Positions 19,409 through 27,747 of a DNA stretch of 41,199 bases are shown in pieces. How positions within the stretch are numbered: the stretch's first letter is position 1; each line of letters starts with the position of its first letter. The stretch is from positions 1 through 41,199 of IMG/VR virus record IMGVR_UViG_3300032257_000038. The stretch is one strand, 5' to 3'. The DNA is from a virus (Duplodnaviria; Caudoviricetes). The translations under genes and the position numbers were made by a program. Under the pieces are notes generated by a model, which was given only the letters and a program-made list of their open reading frames with translations, was not told where the DNA came from and made no database searches.

Positions 19409-19684
19409 ATGGGCGAAGAGATTGATTACATTAAAATAGGTGTTGGTATATTTATGACAACTTTATTAGGCGGTCTAGGTGTGTTGCGATGGGTAGGCAA
19501 GCGTCAAGTTGAACGAATTGATAAGATAGAGGACAGTTACGCCAAAGCCGTTGATATCGTTGATTTACACAATAAAGTAGACAGACACTACGAATCGACG
19601 ATAAGAGATATTAATGAATCAAGAAAAGAAGTTTTAGCAAGACTTGATATGGTAATTGGGGCAAATCAAAATGGGCGATCTTAG
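19409..19684 (+). CDS. Single-TM lysis-cassette protein (holin/antiholin-like)
   Basis: N-terminal TM plus coiled tail, immediately upstream of the endolysin. Confidence 0.6.
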   Translation: MGEEIDYIKIGVGIFMTTLLGGLGVLRWVGKRQVERIDKIEDSYAKAVDIVDLHNKVDRHYESTIRDINESRKEVLARLDMVIGANQNGRS

Positions 19685-20051
19685 TAGGAATTTTAGCCGG
19701 AAAGAATTCGCATGTAAGTGTGGCTGCGGATTTGACACGGTTGATGCTGAATTAATTAACGTAATGCAGATGAATGTTAGAGATAGATTTGGGAAAATAT
19801 TGGTCCCCAGTGGATGCCGATGCTACACGCATAATATAAAGTCAGGTGGGTCGAAATCTTCTCAGCACTTAAAAGGCAAGGCATGTGATTTTATCGCCAC
19901 AGAGCACGACATGGAATATATTTACGATTACCTGTGCAATAAGTTCCCTGATAAGTTCGGAATAGGGGCGTATATCGACAAAGAAGAGAACACCGTCCGA
20001 ATTCATTTTGACGTTAGGTCGGCATGCGCAAGATGGACAAAGCCAATCTAA
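19671..20051 (+). CDS. Endolysin, peptidase M15 family
   Basis: NFSRKEFACKCGCG, SGCRC..HN, SQHLKGKACD, IHFDVR; start set at ATG 19671. Confidence 0.92.
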   Translation: MGDLSRNFSRKEFACKCGCGFDTVDAELINVMQMNVRDRFGKILVPSGCRCYTHNIKSGGSKSSQHLKGKACDFIATEHDMEYIYDYLCNKFPDKFGIGAYIDKEENTVRIHFDVRSACARWTKPI

Positions 20052-20062
20052 AGGAGAAAGAA

Positions 20063-20560
20063 ATGAGTATATTTTCATCGGTACTGACTAAAGTGGCAGA
20101 TATAGCAACGGGTGGCATAGCAGATAAAGCAATTGACGCGGTTAAAGAATACTTTCCTCCTGATCTATCTCCTGAGCAGAAAGCCAATATTGAATTAAAG
20201 ATGAAGAACATTGAGCTTGAGTACCAGCGCATGGTTGAAAATGCGCTGGTTGAAGCCAGTGAGTCACTGAACAAGCGAATAGCAATTAATGAGGGTACAG
20301 CTAAAGACTTATTAGCCTTACCAATAATTGGTCGGATACTTTTGTTTTGTCGTGGCGCACAAAGGCCAATATGGGGCTTCGGCGTTCTCTATATGGACTA
20401 CATGGTTTATTCAGGAGCGTGGTCGTTAAAGGAGGGGCAGGAAGCTAGCGCATTTTGGGTGATAAACTTGCTTGTCCTTGGTTTTTTGTTTGGTGAGCGA
20501 ACTGTTAAGAACCTCACCCCATTGATTCTTGGGTTCATGGGGCGAGTCGGGAAGACTTAA
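20063..20560 (+). CDS. Holin, GTA 3TM-like family
   Basis: RPIWGF, two C-terminal TMs, GFLFGERTVK; ATG 20063 behind AAGGAG. Confidence 0.75.
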   Translation: MSIFSSVLTKVADIATGGIADKAIDAVKEYFPPDLSPEQKANIELKMKNIELEYQRMVENALVEASESLNKRIAINEGTAKDLLALPIIGRILLFCRGAQRPIWGFGVLYMDYMVYSGAWSLKEGQEASAFWVINLLVLGFLFGERTVKNLTPLILGFMGRVGKT

Positions 20561-20577
20561 TATTAATCTACATTGTA

Positions 20578-20793
20578 TCAATTTAGTGGTTTTTTTATGG
20601 ACACTACAGCGGTATACGTAAATCCACCTGATCCAGTATCTCTCTGGGATATGTATACATTGACCTTGGTTACTTCGTCTACTTCCAATTCTTGACGACG
20701 TACCACATAGTCAAGAATAATTTCCTTTAATTCGACATCTTCTATCAGCGTACTAATTACCCTCTCGTGAATGATGCTGTCTTTAATATTCAT
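20578..20793 (-). CDS. Hypothetical protein
   Basis: AGGAG RBS; last gene of the leftward operon. Confidence 0.7.
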   Translation of the reverse strand: MNIKDSIIHERVISTLIEDVELKEIILDYVVRRQELEVDEVTKVNVYISQRDTGSGGFTYTAVVSIKKPLN

Positions 20794-20811
20794 TGAAATC
20801 TCCTAAATATA

Positions 20812-21111
20812 TTATTGTTTTGACGAGTAAAGATATCGTTCCCCGTCTATAACGCCAACCGAGCTAATGTATTTTTCTCCGGCTGCAACATACCCATCAA
20901 TGATATGCTTGTGTGTCAACGATGAGACTAAAAACCTATGGTCAAGATCTCCCGCACCATCTTCTAACTGTTCATGATACATAAGGATATCTCCGACTGA
21001 TACCCCAAGCCTTTTGCAAATAACATTGAACGCTTTGTCACCCGAAAGCTTTTCAATTAGGTCTTCCTTGCTTATTTCTATCTCGTGTAGCCTTCCTTCC
21101 TTTTTAGGCAA
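20812..21111 (-). CDS. Hypothetical protein
   Basis: AAGGAG RBS, TTG start, tight packing. Confidence 0.7.
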   Translation of the reverse strand: MPKKEGRLHEIEISKEDLIEKLSGDKAFNVICKRLGVSVGDILMYHEQLEDGAGDLDHRFLVSSLTHKHIIDGYVAAGEKYISSVGVIDGERYLYSSKQ

Positions 21112-21126
21112 TTTAATTTCTCCTTT

Positions 21127-21342
21127 CTATGGTCGGCATAAAGTAAAGGCGGTTACTATCACGATAGCCATTGCTGAAAATAACCCGGAAATATTGGCAC
21201 CGTCTCTCGTTACCCCTTCAATTCCAGAGCTTATTATTCCACTTGCGATCAATTTACTTCCGATGGTTACCATTGCATACCCAAACGCCATCAATGCGAC
21301 AAGCTTAAGGGATTCTTTAATGTAAAGTTTATTTTGTGTCAT
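21127..21342 (-). CDS. Small two-TM membrane protein
   Basis: GAGG RBS; two hydrophobic segments. Confidence 0.7.
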   Translation of the reverse strand: MTQNKLYIKESLKLVALMAFGYAMVTIGSKLIASGIISSGIEGVTRDGANISGLFSAMAIVIVTAFTLCRP

Positions 21343-21354
21343 TTAAGTTAGCCT

Positions 21355-21573
21355 CTAATATCTGGCAATTTGCCTTGGTTGATGACATAGGGACCATATA
21401 AGTGCAACGATCCATCCTATAACTGTGAACCCAAAGATAAGATTAAGAGCAAAGATAGCCTTGTCATGACGGTGCTTGAATCCCGCAGCCACCAGCGTTG
21501 GCAAAAAGTAAATACACATTACGAAAATTAAAGATAAAAATGATATTAGATCGTGCTGAGTGAATGATTCCAT
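21355..21573 (-). CDS. Superinfection immunity protein (T4 Imm-like family)
   Basis: IYFLPT.VA...H...AIF.LNL.FG.T.IGW.VAL.WS signature. Confidence 0.9.
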   Translation of the reverse strand: MESFTQHDLISFLSLIFVMCIYFLPTLVAAGFKHRHDKAIFALNLIFGFTVIGWIVALIWSLCHQPRQIARY

Positions 21574-21611
21574 TTTTGTTTCTCCGGTGGTTGTGTGTGA
21601 TCAATAACTAA

Positions 21612-21640
21612 ATATTAACAGAGGCACTGCCACCTGTCAA
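21612..21640 (-). promoter_or_regulatory. Sigma70-type promoter for the imm-like gene
   Basis: TTGACA-17-TAATAT with TGn extended -10; GGCACTGCC palindrome in the spacer. Confidence 0.75.
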
Positions 21641-21653
21641 GAAAATAATTCAA

Positions 21654-21914
21654 CTACATTCTATTTTCTGATGACATACGAATAAGCAGACATAGCCTTT
21701 TAGACCAGCTCTTTGCCATAGCTATATCTCCAAGCTCAAGCATTTCATTCACCTTTTTAGCGGCTTCATGAACTGATTCCTTGTGACGCAATAGCGCTGA
21801 GCCAACCTTCTTTGATTTTACCTCATTATCGGTAGGAGGTCGGCGCACGTCATTAATAAACGCATGTGATTTTACGTCATGAATCACATCAGCATAGCTT
21901 TTTAATTTATGCAT
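21654..21914 (-). CDS. Hypothetical protein
   Basis: ORF coupled to the sigma-factor stop; start could be 21926. Confidence 0.65.
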   Translation of the reverse strand: MHKLKSYADVIHDVKSHAFINDVRRPPTDNEVKSKKVGSALLRHKESVHEAAKKVNEMLELGDIAMAKSWSKRLCLLIRMSSENRM

Positions 21915-22431
21915 GCCGACCCCCATTAAGGAATTCTCGTGCTTTGCCGATAGCCCTTAACACCATTGATTGGGCTGTTGCTCTGTCGGTGTTACGCTTG
22001 GCCCCCATTTCTTCAAACGTCATGTCTTCAAAAAATCTTTCGTAAAGCGCATTCTGATGATTTTCCGACAGCGAGTTTAATATTTTTTCTATATCGCAAA
22101 TCATAATTACATGCTTCTCAAGGATTGGTTGCTGCCTAGTGTCATGGATTTCCTCAGAAAAGCTTAGCGTAAAAATAGCTGGGGTAATAGGGCTGCTTGG
22201 CCTATTTTTCCTTTTCTGGTCTATTCTACGGTGTCTTCTAAGCTCCTGAATGATTGCATTTTTAGCTACAACCATAGCGAAACGTTCGGGCATTTCGTCT
22301 CTGTCAGGATGAAAGAAGATGGCGATGCTTGCCACCTGAATAAAATCATCCTTATCAGATATCGGAGAAAAACATTTTTTGTAGTGGATGGCTGCGTTCG
22401 TTGCGATTTCGATAATTTCGTGGTTGTTCAT
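21907..22431 (-). CDS. Sigma-70-like (ECF-size) RNA polymerase sigma factor
   Basis: Region 2 (DDFIQ...FA...KNAIIQELRR) and region 4 HTH (LSE..QNAL..RFFEDMTFEEMG...RAIGKAR); ATG 22431 behind AGGTGG. Confidence 0.8.
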   Translation of the reverse strand: MNNHEIIEIATNAAIHYKKCFSPISDKDDFIQVASIAIFFHPDRDEMPERFAMVVAKNAIIQELRRHRRIDQKRKNRPSSPITPAIFTLSFSEEIHDTRQQPILEKHVIMICDIEKILNSLSENHQNALYERFFEDMTFEEMGAKRNTDRATAQSMVLRAIGKAREFLNGGRHA

Positions 22432-22438
22432 GAGCCAC

Positions 22439-22618
22439 CTATTTGTCAAGCAATAGATAAGATAAGCAAGCAATGAAAGATGATACGCCAGAGAAAATCA
22501 ATATGATGGCGAAGTCTTTCCATTTCCAGTTACTAAACTGACCGTTAGACAATAAAAGCAAAACGGTGGTTATAACGATTAAGCTAATCAGAAATACGTA
22601 GGCGATAAGGTTAGGCAT
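22439..22618 (-). CDS. Small two-TM membrane protein (59 aa, not in ORF track)
   Basis: Hand translation MPNLIAYVFLISLIVITTVLLLLSNGQFSNWKWKDFAIILIFSGVSSFIACLSYLLLDK; fills the operon gap exactly. Confidence 0.7.
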   Translation of the reverse strand: MPNLIAYVFLISLIVITTVLLLLSNGQFSNWKWKDFAIILIFSGVSSFIACLSYLLLDK

Positions 22619-23009
22619 TTGATTTCGCCCCCATTAGGAGCATGGCTACAAATCCCGCCGAAATTAAAGCTATCGAGCTTGGTTCGGGGATGCTTACCGC
22701 GCCAGTAGTTATATTGCCCCTCTTTTGAGGGGATGATCTTGACTCTGGCTCATCTTCCAGAATTTTATCAACCTTATCTATCAAATTTTCAGCTTTAGTT
22801 ATGATTGCGCTGAGACTTTCCTTAACCCCTGAGTCACAACAGCAGCATCCGCTCTTATTACTTATGGCGACAATTGCAACGATAGCAACGATGCCAAGGG
22901 TTGCAAATGCAATTGCTGCGATTGCCATCTGCATGAAACCTGACCGGCTTCGCACTCGGCGAATAACTCGCCTTGGCTGAGATTTAACTTCCTGACTTTG
23001 ATTTTCCAT
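22611..23009 (-). CDS. Membrane protein with C-terminal PEP-CTERM-like sorting signal
   Basis: Ends VSIPEPSSIALISAGFVAMLLMGAKSNA; basic N-terminus, TM, CCCC, short helical segment. Confidence 0.75.
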   Translation of the reverse strand: MENQSQEVKSQPRRVIRRVRSRSGFMQMAIAAIAFATLGIVAIVAIVAISNKSGCCCCDSGVKESLSAIITKAENLIDKVDKILEDEPESRSSPQKRGNITTGAVSIPEPSSIALISAGFVAMLLMGAKSNA

Positions 23010-23018
23010 GATAGACCC

Positions 23019-23483
23019 CTACTGACTTATTAAGCTGACAATTTCATCGTTATAATTCCTTAGCAACATTCTTGTTTCGTCGCTAAGCTTTAATATAATG
23101 ACGTGAGTGAACGATTCACCCTTATCCTTTATCTTAGTTTGTAGGTATTTATTATACAGTATGACCTTTGGTGAGTCATCCTGAATCAGACCGCAGCCTA
23201 ACTTATGGGTATCCGTCATCCCATCGATCAGAGGCTTGCAGCCTCCGACGAGGTTATCATAGTCAAGCAGCTTAGGGCTGAATCGATTGATGATTATGGC
23301 TACGTTGCCAATTTTGATGGGCGTTCCTTCGCCTATTTGTGATGCGGCCTGGAAAGAAAATGCTTTCACATAGTTACGGTATGCAAACCGACTAATCGCC
23401 TTTATCTCATTGTTGCTTGGCGTGATTGGCATGATAAGTTTAATTGCTTGTTCTGCGGTGTGGATTATTTGTAAACAATTCAT
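23019..23483 (-). CDS. RusA-like Holliday junction resolvase
   Basis: PSNN, DYDNL..CKPLIDGM, GLIQDDS motifs. Confidence 0.8.
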   Translation of the reverse strand: MNCLQIIHTAEQAIKLIMPITPSNNEIKAISRFAYRNYVKAFSFQAASQIGEGTPIKIGNVAIIINRFSPKLLDYDNLVGGCKPLIDGMTDTHKLGCGLIQDDSPKVILYNKYLQTKIKDKGESFTHVIILKLSDETRMLLRNYNDEIVSLISQ

Positions 23484-23515
23484 TTTTAATGGCCTCTGTT
23501 AATGTGTATGCTTAA

Positions 23516-23544
23516 ATAATATCAGCGGCAATGCGCCTTGTCAA
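23516..23544 (-). promoter_or_regulatory. Leftward early promoter
   Basis: TTGACA-17-TATTAT. Confidence 0.8.
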
Positions 23545-23568
23545 TATTAAAATAAATTATCTTTTCAC

Positions 23569-23597
23569 TTGACTCGCAAGACGCATGGCGCTAATAT
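23569..23597 (+). promoter_or_regulatory. Rightward early promoter
   Basis: TTGACT-17-TAATAT with an AT-rich shared upstream region. Confidence 0.75.
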
Positions 23598-23649
23598 TGT
23601 TTCCGTAGCAACAAGAAACACAATTTAATGACCACAATGGAGAAACGAA

Positions 23650-24126
23650 ATGAAACTTACAATTATTAGATATAAAGAGGAAAAGCGCCTAGGAACAGGC
23701 GACGTGGTAACGCCAGGGCTGCTTATCACCGATATTGATGGCGCTAACCCTATTGATTTAGTTACGCTTGAGGCCGCATGGCATAACAATGAACGTGGGA
23801 TTTCATGCTTGCCACCGGGGATATATGAGCTTCACGCTGGAAGGGAAATTAACGAAGATCATCTATTTGGGGCATACATCAACTTTACGATAGTCGGTGG
23901 ATCTGCATTTATGACTCAGAATGAAGCTACTGGTGATGGTAGATATGGCTTGTCACTGGTAGGTCGAGGTGAAAATTTAGCTGGCAATATAGGTGTCGGA
24001 ACAGCGATCCAAGAATATACCTTGGAGCTAGCCAATTCAATGACAGCGGTCAGATATTTATCCAGTTTGCTTATGAATGATTACCGGCGCGATATTCCTA
24101 ACACACTTGAGATTGAGGTGGCGTGA
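23650..24126 (+). CDS. DUF5675-like protein, divergent
   Basis: TPG.L, TLE..W..N..GISCLPPG.YEL; the family's usual His/Cys motif is not seen. Confidence 0.7.
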   Translation: MKLTIIRYKEEKRLGTGDVVTPGLLITDIDGANPIDLVTLEAAWHNNERGISCLPPGIYELHAGREINEDHLFGAYINFTIVGGSAFMTQNEATGDGRYGLSLVGRGENLAGNIGVGTAIQEYTLELANSMTAVRYLSSLLMNDYRRDIPNTLEIEVA

Positions 24127-24127
24127 T

Positions 24128-24520
24128 ATGTCAACCATCGGTGAAAAAATCAAGATTTTGAAAGCGCTGAACGCTGAGAAAAAACGACTGACAAGCGAAG
24201 AAAAAAAGCTAAAGGCGGAGATACTTAAAGACGCTGAGTTTGATAAAGACGGGGTTAATCCCCTTGTGTACTACTCTTTGATGGTCAGCCCTAAGAAGTC
24301 AATGTCTATCTCAAACTCAGGTTACATTTTACTGCATGGCATTCATCAAGAAAATTTCATTCATGAGCCATGGCCTTTTAAGGTAAAGTGTGAAGTTATC
24401 GCGCCGCTGCTGTCTGAGTGCAGCAAAGCATGGCGGTTTGAGATTAATAAGCAGGTAGCGGTCAAAGGGGCTGCGCCAGAGTTTAAATTTTTAAAAGGAA
24501 ACGGAGATGATGAAGAATGA
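24128..24520 (+). CDS. Hypothetical protein with N-terminal coiled coil
   Basis: ATG 24128 behind GAGGTG; precedes the Sak4-like ATPase. Confidence 0.7.
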   Translation: MSTIGEKIKILKALNAEKKRLTSEEKKLKAEILKDAEFDKDGVNPLVYYSLMVSPKKSMSISNSGYILLHGIHQENFIHEPWPFKVKCEVIAPLLSECSKAWRFEINKQVAVKGAAPEFKFLKGNGDDEE

Positions 24521-25314
24521 AAAAACCACATATCGGAATTAGAAAGCGACCATTGTTCTTTTTGATTTACGGGACGAGCGGCACACGTAAGAGTACATTT
24601 TGCGCTAACTTGCCTGACCCAGTATTTATTGATGTTGAGGGCGGATTAGACTCAATCGACGTTGCCAGCTATGATCACCATCGTGAAGATAACACTTACG
24701 ATAAGCTGGTTGAAACGCTTGATATGCTGCTGGCTGACAGCCAAGGGTATAAAACTGTTGTTATTGATAGCCTGGATTGGGTTCAGCATCTTGTCGAGAA
24801 AAAGATATGCGATGATAATAACGTTAGTGAGATAACCGAGCTGAAGTGGGGCAATGGTACAAAGATACTTAAGACGCTTTCCTTTGATATCTTGGACCGC
24901 TTACTATCAATGTTCCAACAAGGTCTAAACGTTGCGGTGATATGCCACTGTGACGAGAGAATGGCTAAGGCTCCAGATGGCAAAGCTTACCCTCAATATG
25001 ACTTGCTCGTGCATAAGAAAGTCTCAGATACTTATCGGCAGCGTGCAGACATGGTTCTATTTGCAGCGCGAAAGGTGATAGAAACCGAAGACAATGGGGT
25101 TAAGTCAAACGTGATGGGCAAGAGGCCAGTTCTCTTCACTGAATCATCAGCAGGATTCTTTGCAAAAAACAGATACGATTTGCCCTCCGAGATTCCAATG
25201 GATTACAGCGTGTTAATCGGGCATATCAGAAAATTCTACGAGTCAAAAGAAAAGCAGCCAGTAAAGCAAGTCGAGTCATCCGAATCAGTTAACCTAAAAA
25301 AGGACACTAAATAA
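24517..25314 (+). CDS. Sak4-like/AAA_24 ATPase (recombination)
   Basis: YGTSGTRKST, FIDVEGG, YKTVVIDSLDW, AKNRYDLP. Confidence 0.9.
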   Translation: MKKPHIGIRKRPLFFLIYGTSGTRKSTFCANLPDPVFIDVEGGLDSIDVASYDHHREDNTYDKLVETLDMLLADSQGYKTVVIDSLDWVQHLVEKKICDDNNVSEITELKWGNGTKILKTLSFDILDRLLSMFQQGLNVAVICHCDERMAKAPDGKAYPQYDLLVHKKVSDTYRQRADMVLFAARKVIETEDNGVKSNVMGKRPVLFTESSAGFFAKNRYDLPSEIPMDYSVLIGHIRKFYESKEKQPVKQVESSESVNLKKDTK

Positions 25315-25820
25315 TGTTGCCTGACATCCTAAATCAAAAGTTCAAAAAAGAAGAGCACAAATCTGAAGGATATACCATGCCAGAAGGTTCGTATTCAATT
25401 TGCTTAACAAAGTGGGTAGGCGTGGCAAAAAATGGTACGGTTAAGGTTGATCTTTCATTTTCAGTGACGCACGAGGGGAAATACGAAGGGCGAAAGTTAA
25501 AGCAGTTTTGGTTCGTCGAGCATCCTACAAAGAAGGCTGTTGAGATATCTTACCAAAAAATAGCATCGTTGGCTGAGTCGGCAGAGATACCTGATGATAG
25601 TCTATCGGTGATGCTCGACTCTTTGGTTGGAGTTGACTTGTTTGTCGAGCTGGGGATTCAGAAAGGCAATGGCGGGTATGCTGACTCGAATGTTATAAAG
25701 TTTGCGTACAAGCCAGGGATCATCCCTGATAAATTGGTCGGTGCCCCTGAGAAAGAAGCAAGGCCAACGCCAACGCCTTCATCTAGCGAGAGTGTTAAAG
25801 ATGATGACGTCCCTTTCTAA
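25314..25820 (+). CDS. Single-stranded DNA-binding protein (DUF669-like)
   Basis: MPEG.Y, G.YEGRK, acidic DDDVPF C-terminus; follows Sak4. Confidence 0.8.
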   Translation: MLPDILNQKFKKEEHKSEGYTMPEGSYSICLTKWVGVAKNGTVKVDLSFSVTHEGKYEGRKLKQFWFVEHPTKKAVEISYQKIASLAESAEIPDDSLSVMLDSLVGVDLFVELGIQKGNGGYADSNVIKFAYKPGIIPDKLVGAPEKEARPTPTPSSSESVKDDDVPF

Positions 25821-27474
25821 TGTAGAAAGCAGGGCGTATCAATCTGAAGCTGAGTCAGCAATTACCAATAGCTGGCTTAGCAAAGATTACCGACCTGGTG
25901 TGCTAAGCGTAGCGACTGGTGGAGGCAAGACAACGATCATTTCCAATGTGATAAAGTCAATGCTTAGCAATTACCCAGGTTTGAGATTCCTGCTAATGGC
26001 GCATAAGAGCGATTTGGTTACTCAGATATCTGACCGTATTGAATTGATATGCGGAGTTAAGCCCTCCGTGATGTGTTCAGACTTAGGGCGAAAGGAGGTA
26101 GGCCAAATCACAGTGGGGTCAAAAGGCACGATCATCAATAATCTTGAGGCGCTTGGGTCAGTTAACGTTTTAATTATTGATGAGTGCCACAAGGTTCACC
26201 ATGAAGAAGGTCAGTACATCAAACTGATAAACCATTTTTTGTCGGTTCGTGAGACGTGCAGAGTGCTTGGTGTTACTGCTACCCCTTTTAGATCATGCGG
26301 GTCAATCATCGGGCAAGATCGATTTTTCAAGGAATTGCTTTATGAGGTTTCATTTGAAGAACTGGTCAAGCTTGGCTTTTTGATTCCAATATTCACCACG
26401 CCTGTTAACGAGAACTCATTGATTGATACGTCCGGTGTTGCGATAAGTGGCGAAGACTTCAATAGAAAACAGTTGGCTGCGGCGACAGAGAAAGAACTGC
26501 TTGTCGATAATGCGATTGCCGATTGGCGAGAAAAATCATTGATTGCTGACCGCAAGGCAACTATGTTCTTTTCTTCATCGGTAAAGCACGGTGAAATGAT
26601 TTCCGCATCATTATCACAGCATGGCCTTTCAATTCCATTCCTTAGAGGTGGAGGCAATAAGCATTACAGAAAGTACAAGAAAGATGTAATAAAGATGTTA
26701 AACCAAGGCTTTCTTGATGGAGTTGTAAATTATGGGCTGTTCGTCGAAGGAACTGATGTCCCAAGGATTGATTGTGTTGCCCTGCTAACTGCCACCCAAT
26801 CACTGTCAAAATACATGCAAATAATCGGTCGTGGAGCAAGGCCGTTCACCAGGAAGGAAGGCGAATACTGTCTATTTTTAGACTATGGGCAAAATGTGAC
26901 ACGCTTTGGGCCGATTGAGGACATTGGTCCTCCGCCAAGGAAGCGTGAAGATAAGCGTGCGATGCCATGCCCTAAGTGTAACGTGTATATCAGCATATGG
27001 GCGTTCTCATGCTGCCATTGCAATCATCAGATAAAGGAGCCACCAGGCAAGACATGTAAAAGTTGTGGCGAACGTAACTTCCCAAGTTCGAGAGAATGCG
27101 TAGGGTGCGGGCAACCATTTTTTTCTCATGAGGATACGGCCAGCACTGAAAGCGTAATGAAAAGAGGTAAAACTAGGCACGACGTAAGATACGGAGGGGT
27201 TATCAAAAAGAAATCATCGAAAGGCCCAATGTACTTAGTAATGATGCTAGTTGATAACCATAACGAGGCTAAGTACTACCACAATATATTCTTGTGGCAT
27301 GAAGGGTTGTCGTCAACGATTGCTAGAGGTCAAATGAAAAAGTGGATGCCCGAGCTAAAGTTATTTCCTGGCGTTGACGATATGAAGGTTGCACTCGACA
27401 GATACATGATAGATAGGAGCATTCAATACATTGATTTGAACGGTAGTAAAATTTCAAGCATGAAAGTAATTTAA
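25801..27474 (+). CDS. SF2 DEAD/DEAH helicase (RadD/YejH-like) with zinc ribbons
   Basis: RAYQ, TGGGKT, DECH, TATP, QIIGRGAR, repeated CxxC. Confidence 0.93.
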   Translation: MMTSLSNVESRAYQSEAESAITNSWLSKDYRPGVLSVATGGGKTTIISNVIKSMLSNYPGLRFLLMAHKSDLVTQISDRIELICGVKPSVMCSDLGRKEVGQITVGSKGTIINNLEALGSVNVLIIDECHKVHHEEGQYIKLINHFLSVRETCRVLGVTATPFRSCGSIIGQDRFFKELLYEVSFEELVKLGFLIPIFTTPVNENSLIDTSGVAISGEDFNRKQLAAATEKELLVDNAIADWREKSLIADRKATMFFSSSVKHGEMISASLSQHGLSIPFLRGGGNKHYRKYKKDVIKMLNQGFLDGVVNYGLFVEGTDVPRIDCVALLTATQSLSKYMQIIGRGARPFTRKEGEYCLFLDYGQNVTRFGPIEDIGPPPRKREDKRAMPCPKCNVYISIWAFSCCHCNHQIKEPPGKTCKSCGERNFPSSRECVGCGQPFFSHEDTASTESVMKRGKTRHDVRYGGVIKKKSSKGPMYLVMMLVDNHNEAKYYHNIFLWHEGLSSTIARGQMKKWMPELKLFPGVDDMKVALDRYMIDRSIQYIDLNGSKISSMKVI

Positions 27475-27488
27475 TTGGAGAAAGTCAA

Positions 27489-27722
27489 ATGAAAATCACT
27501 AGCACACAGCAAGCAGCAATCAAAGCAATGGACGACATGTGTAAGGCGGGCCTTAAAGTTGTTACCTTGAATGCCGGGATGTATAAAGAAGTGGTCCGCA
27601 CTCGCAAGGATGGGTCGCTTGAGCTAGCCGACTTCGGTGTCCACCGAGCCAATAAAGGGTTCAAGTACAAAGAATTGAATATTGTATGCCGGAAGAGAAT
27701 TGAAGTTCAAGGTAATTATTAA
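27489..27722 (+). CDS. Hypothetical protein
   Basis: GGAG RBS, operon packing. Confidence 0.7.
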   Translation: MKITSTQQAAIKAMDDMCKAGLKVVTLNAGMYKEVVRTRKDGSLELADFGVHRANKGFKYKELNIVCRKRIEVQGNY

Positions 27723-27747
27723 AAAATAAATCAAATTGGAGAAACAA

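Noticed and set aside
21614-23503. 12-nt inverted copy ATTAACAGAGGC (21614-21625) / GCCTCTGTTAAT (23492-23503) as invertible-segment ends
   Set aside because: Short enough to arise by chance, one copy doubles as an RBS, and no invertase is present.
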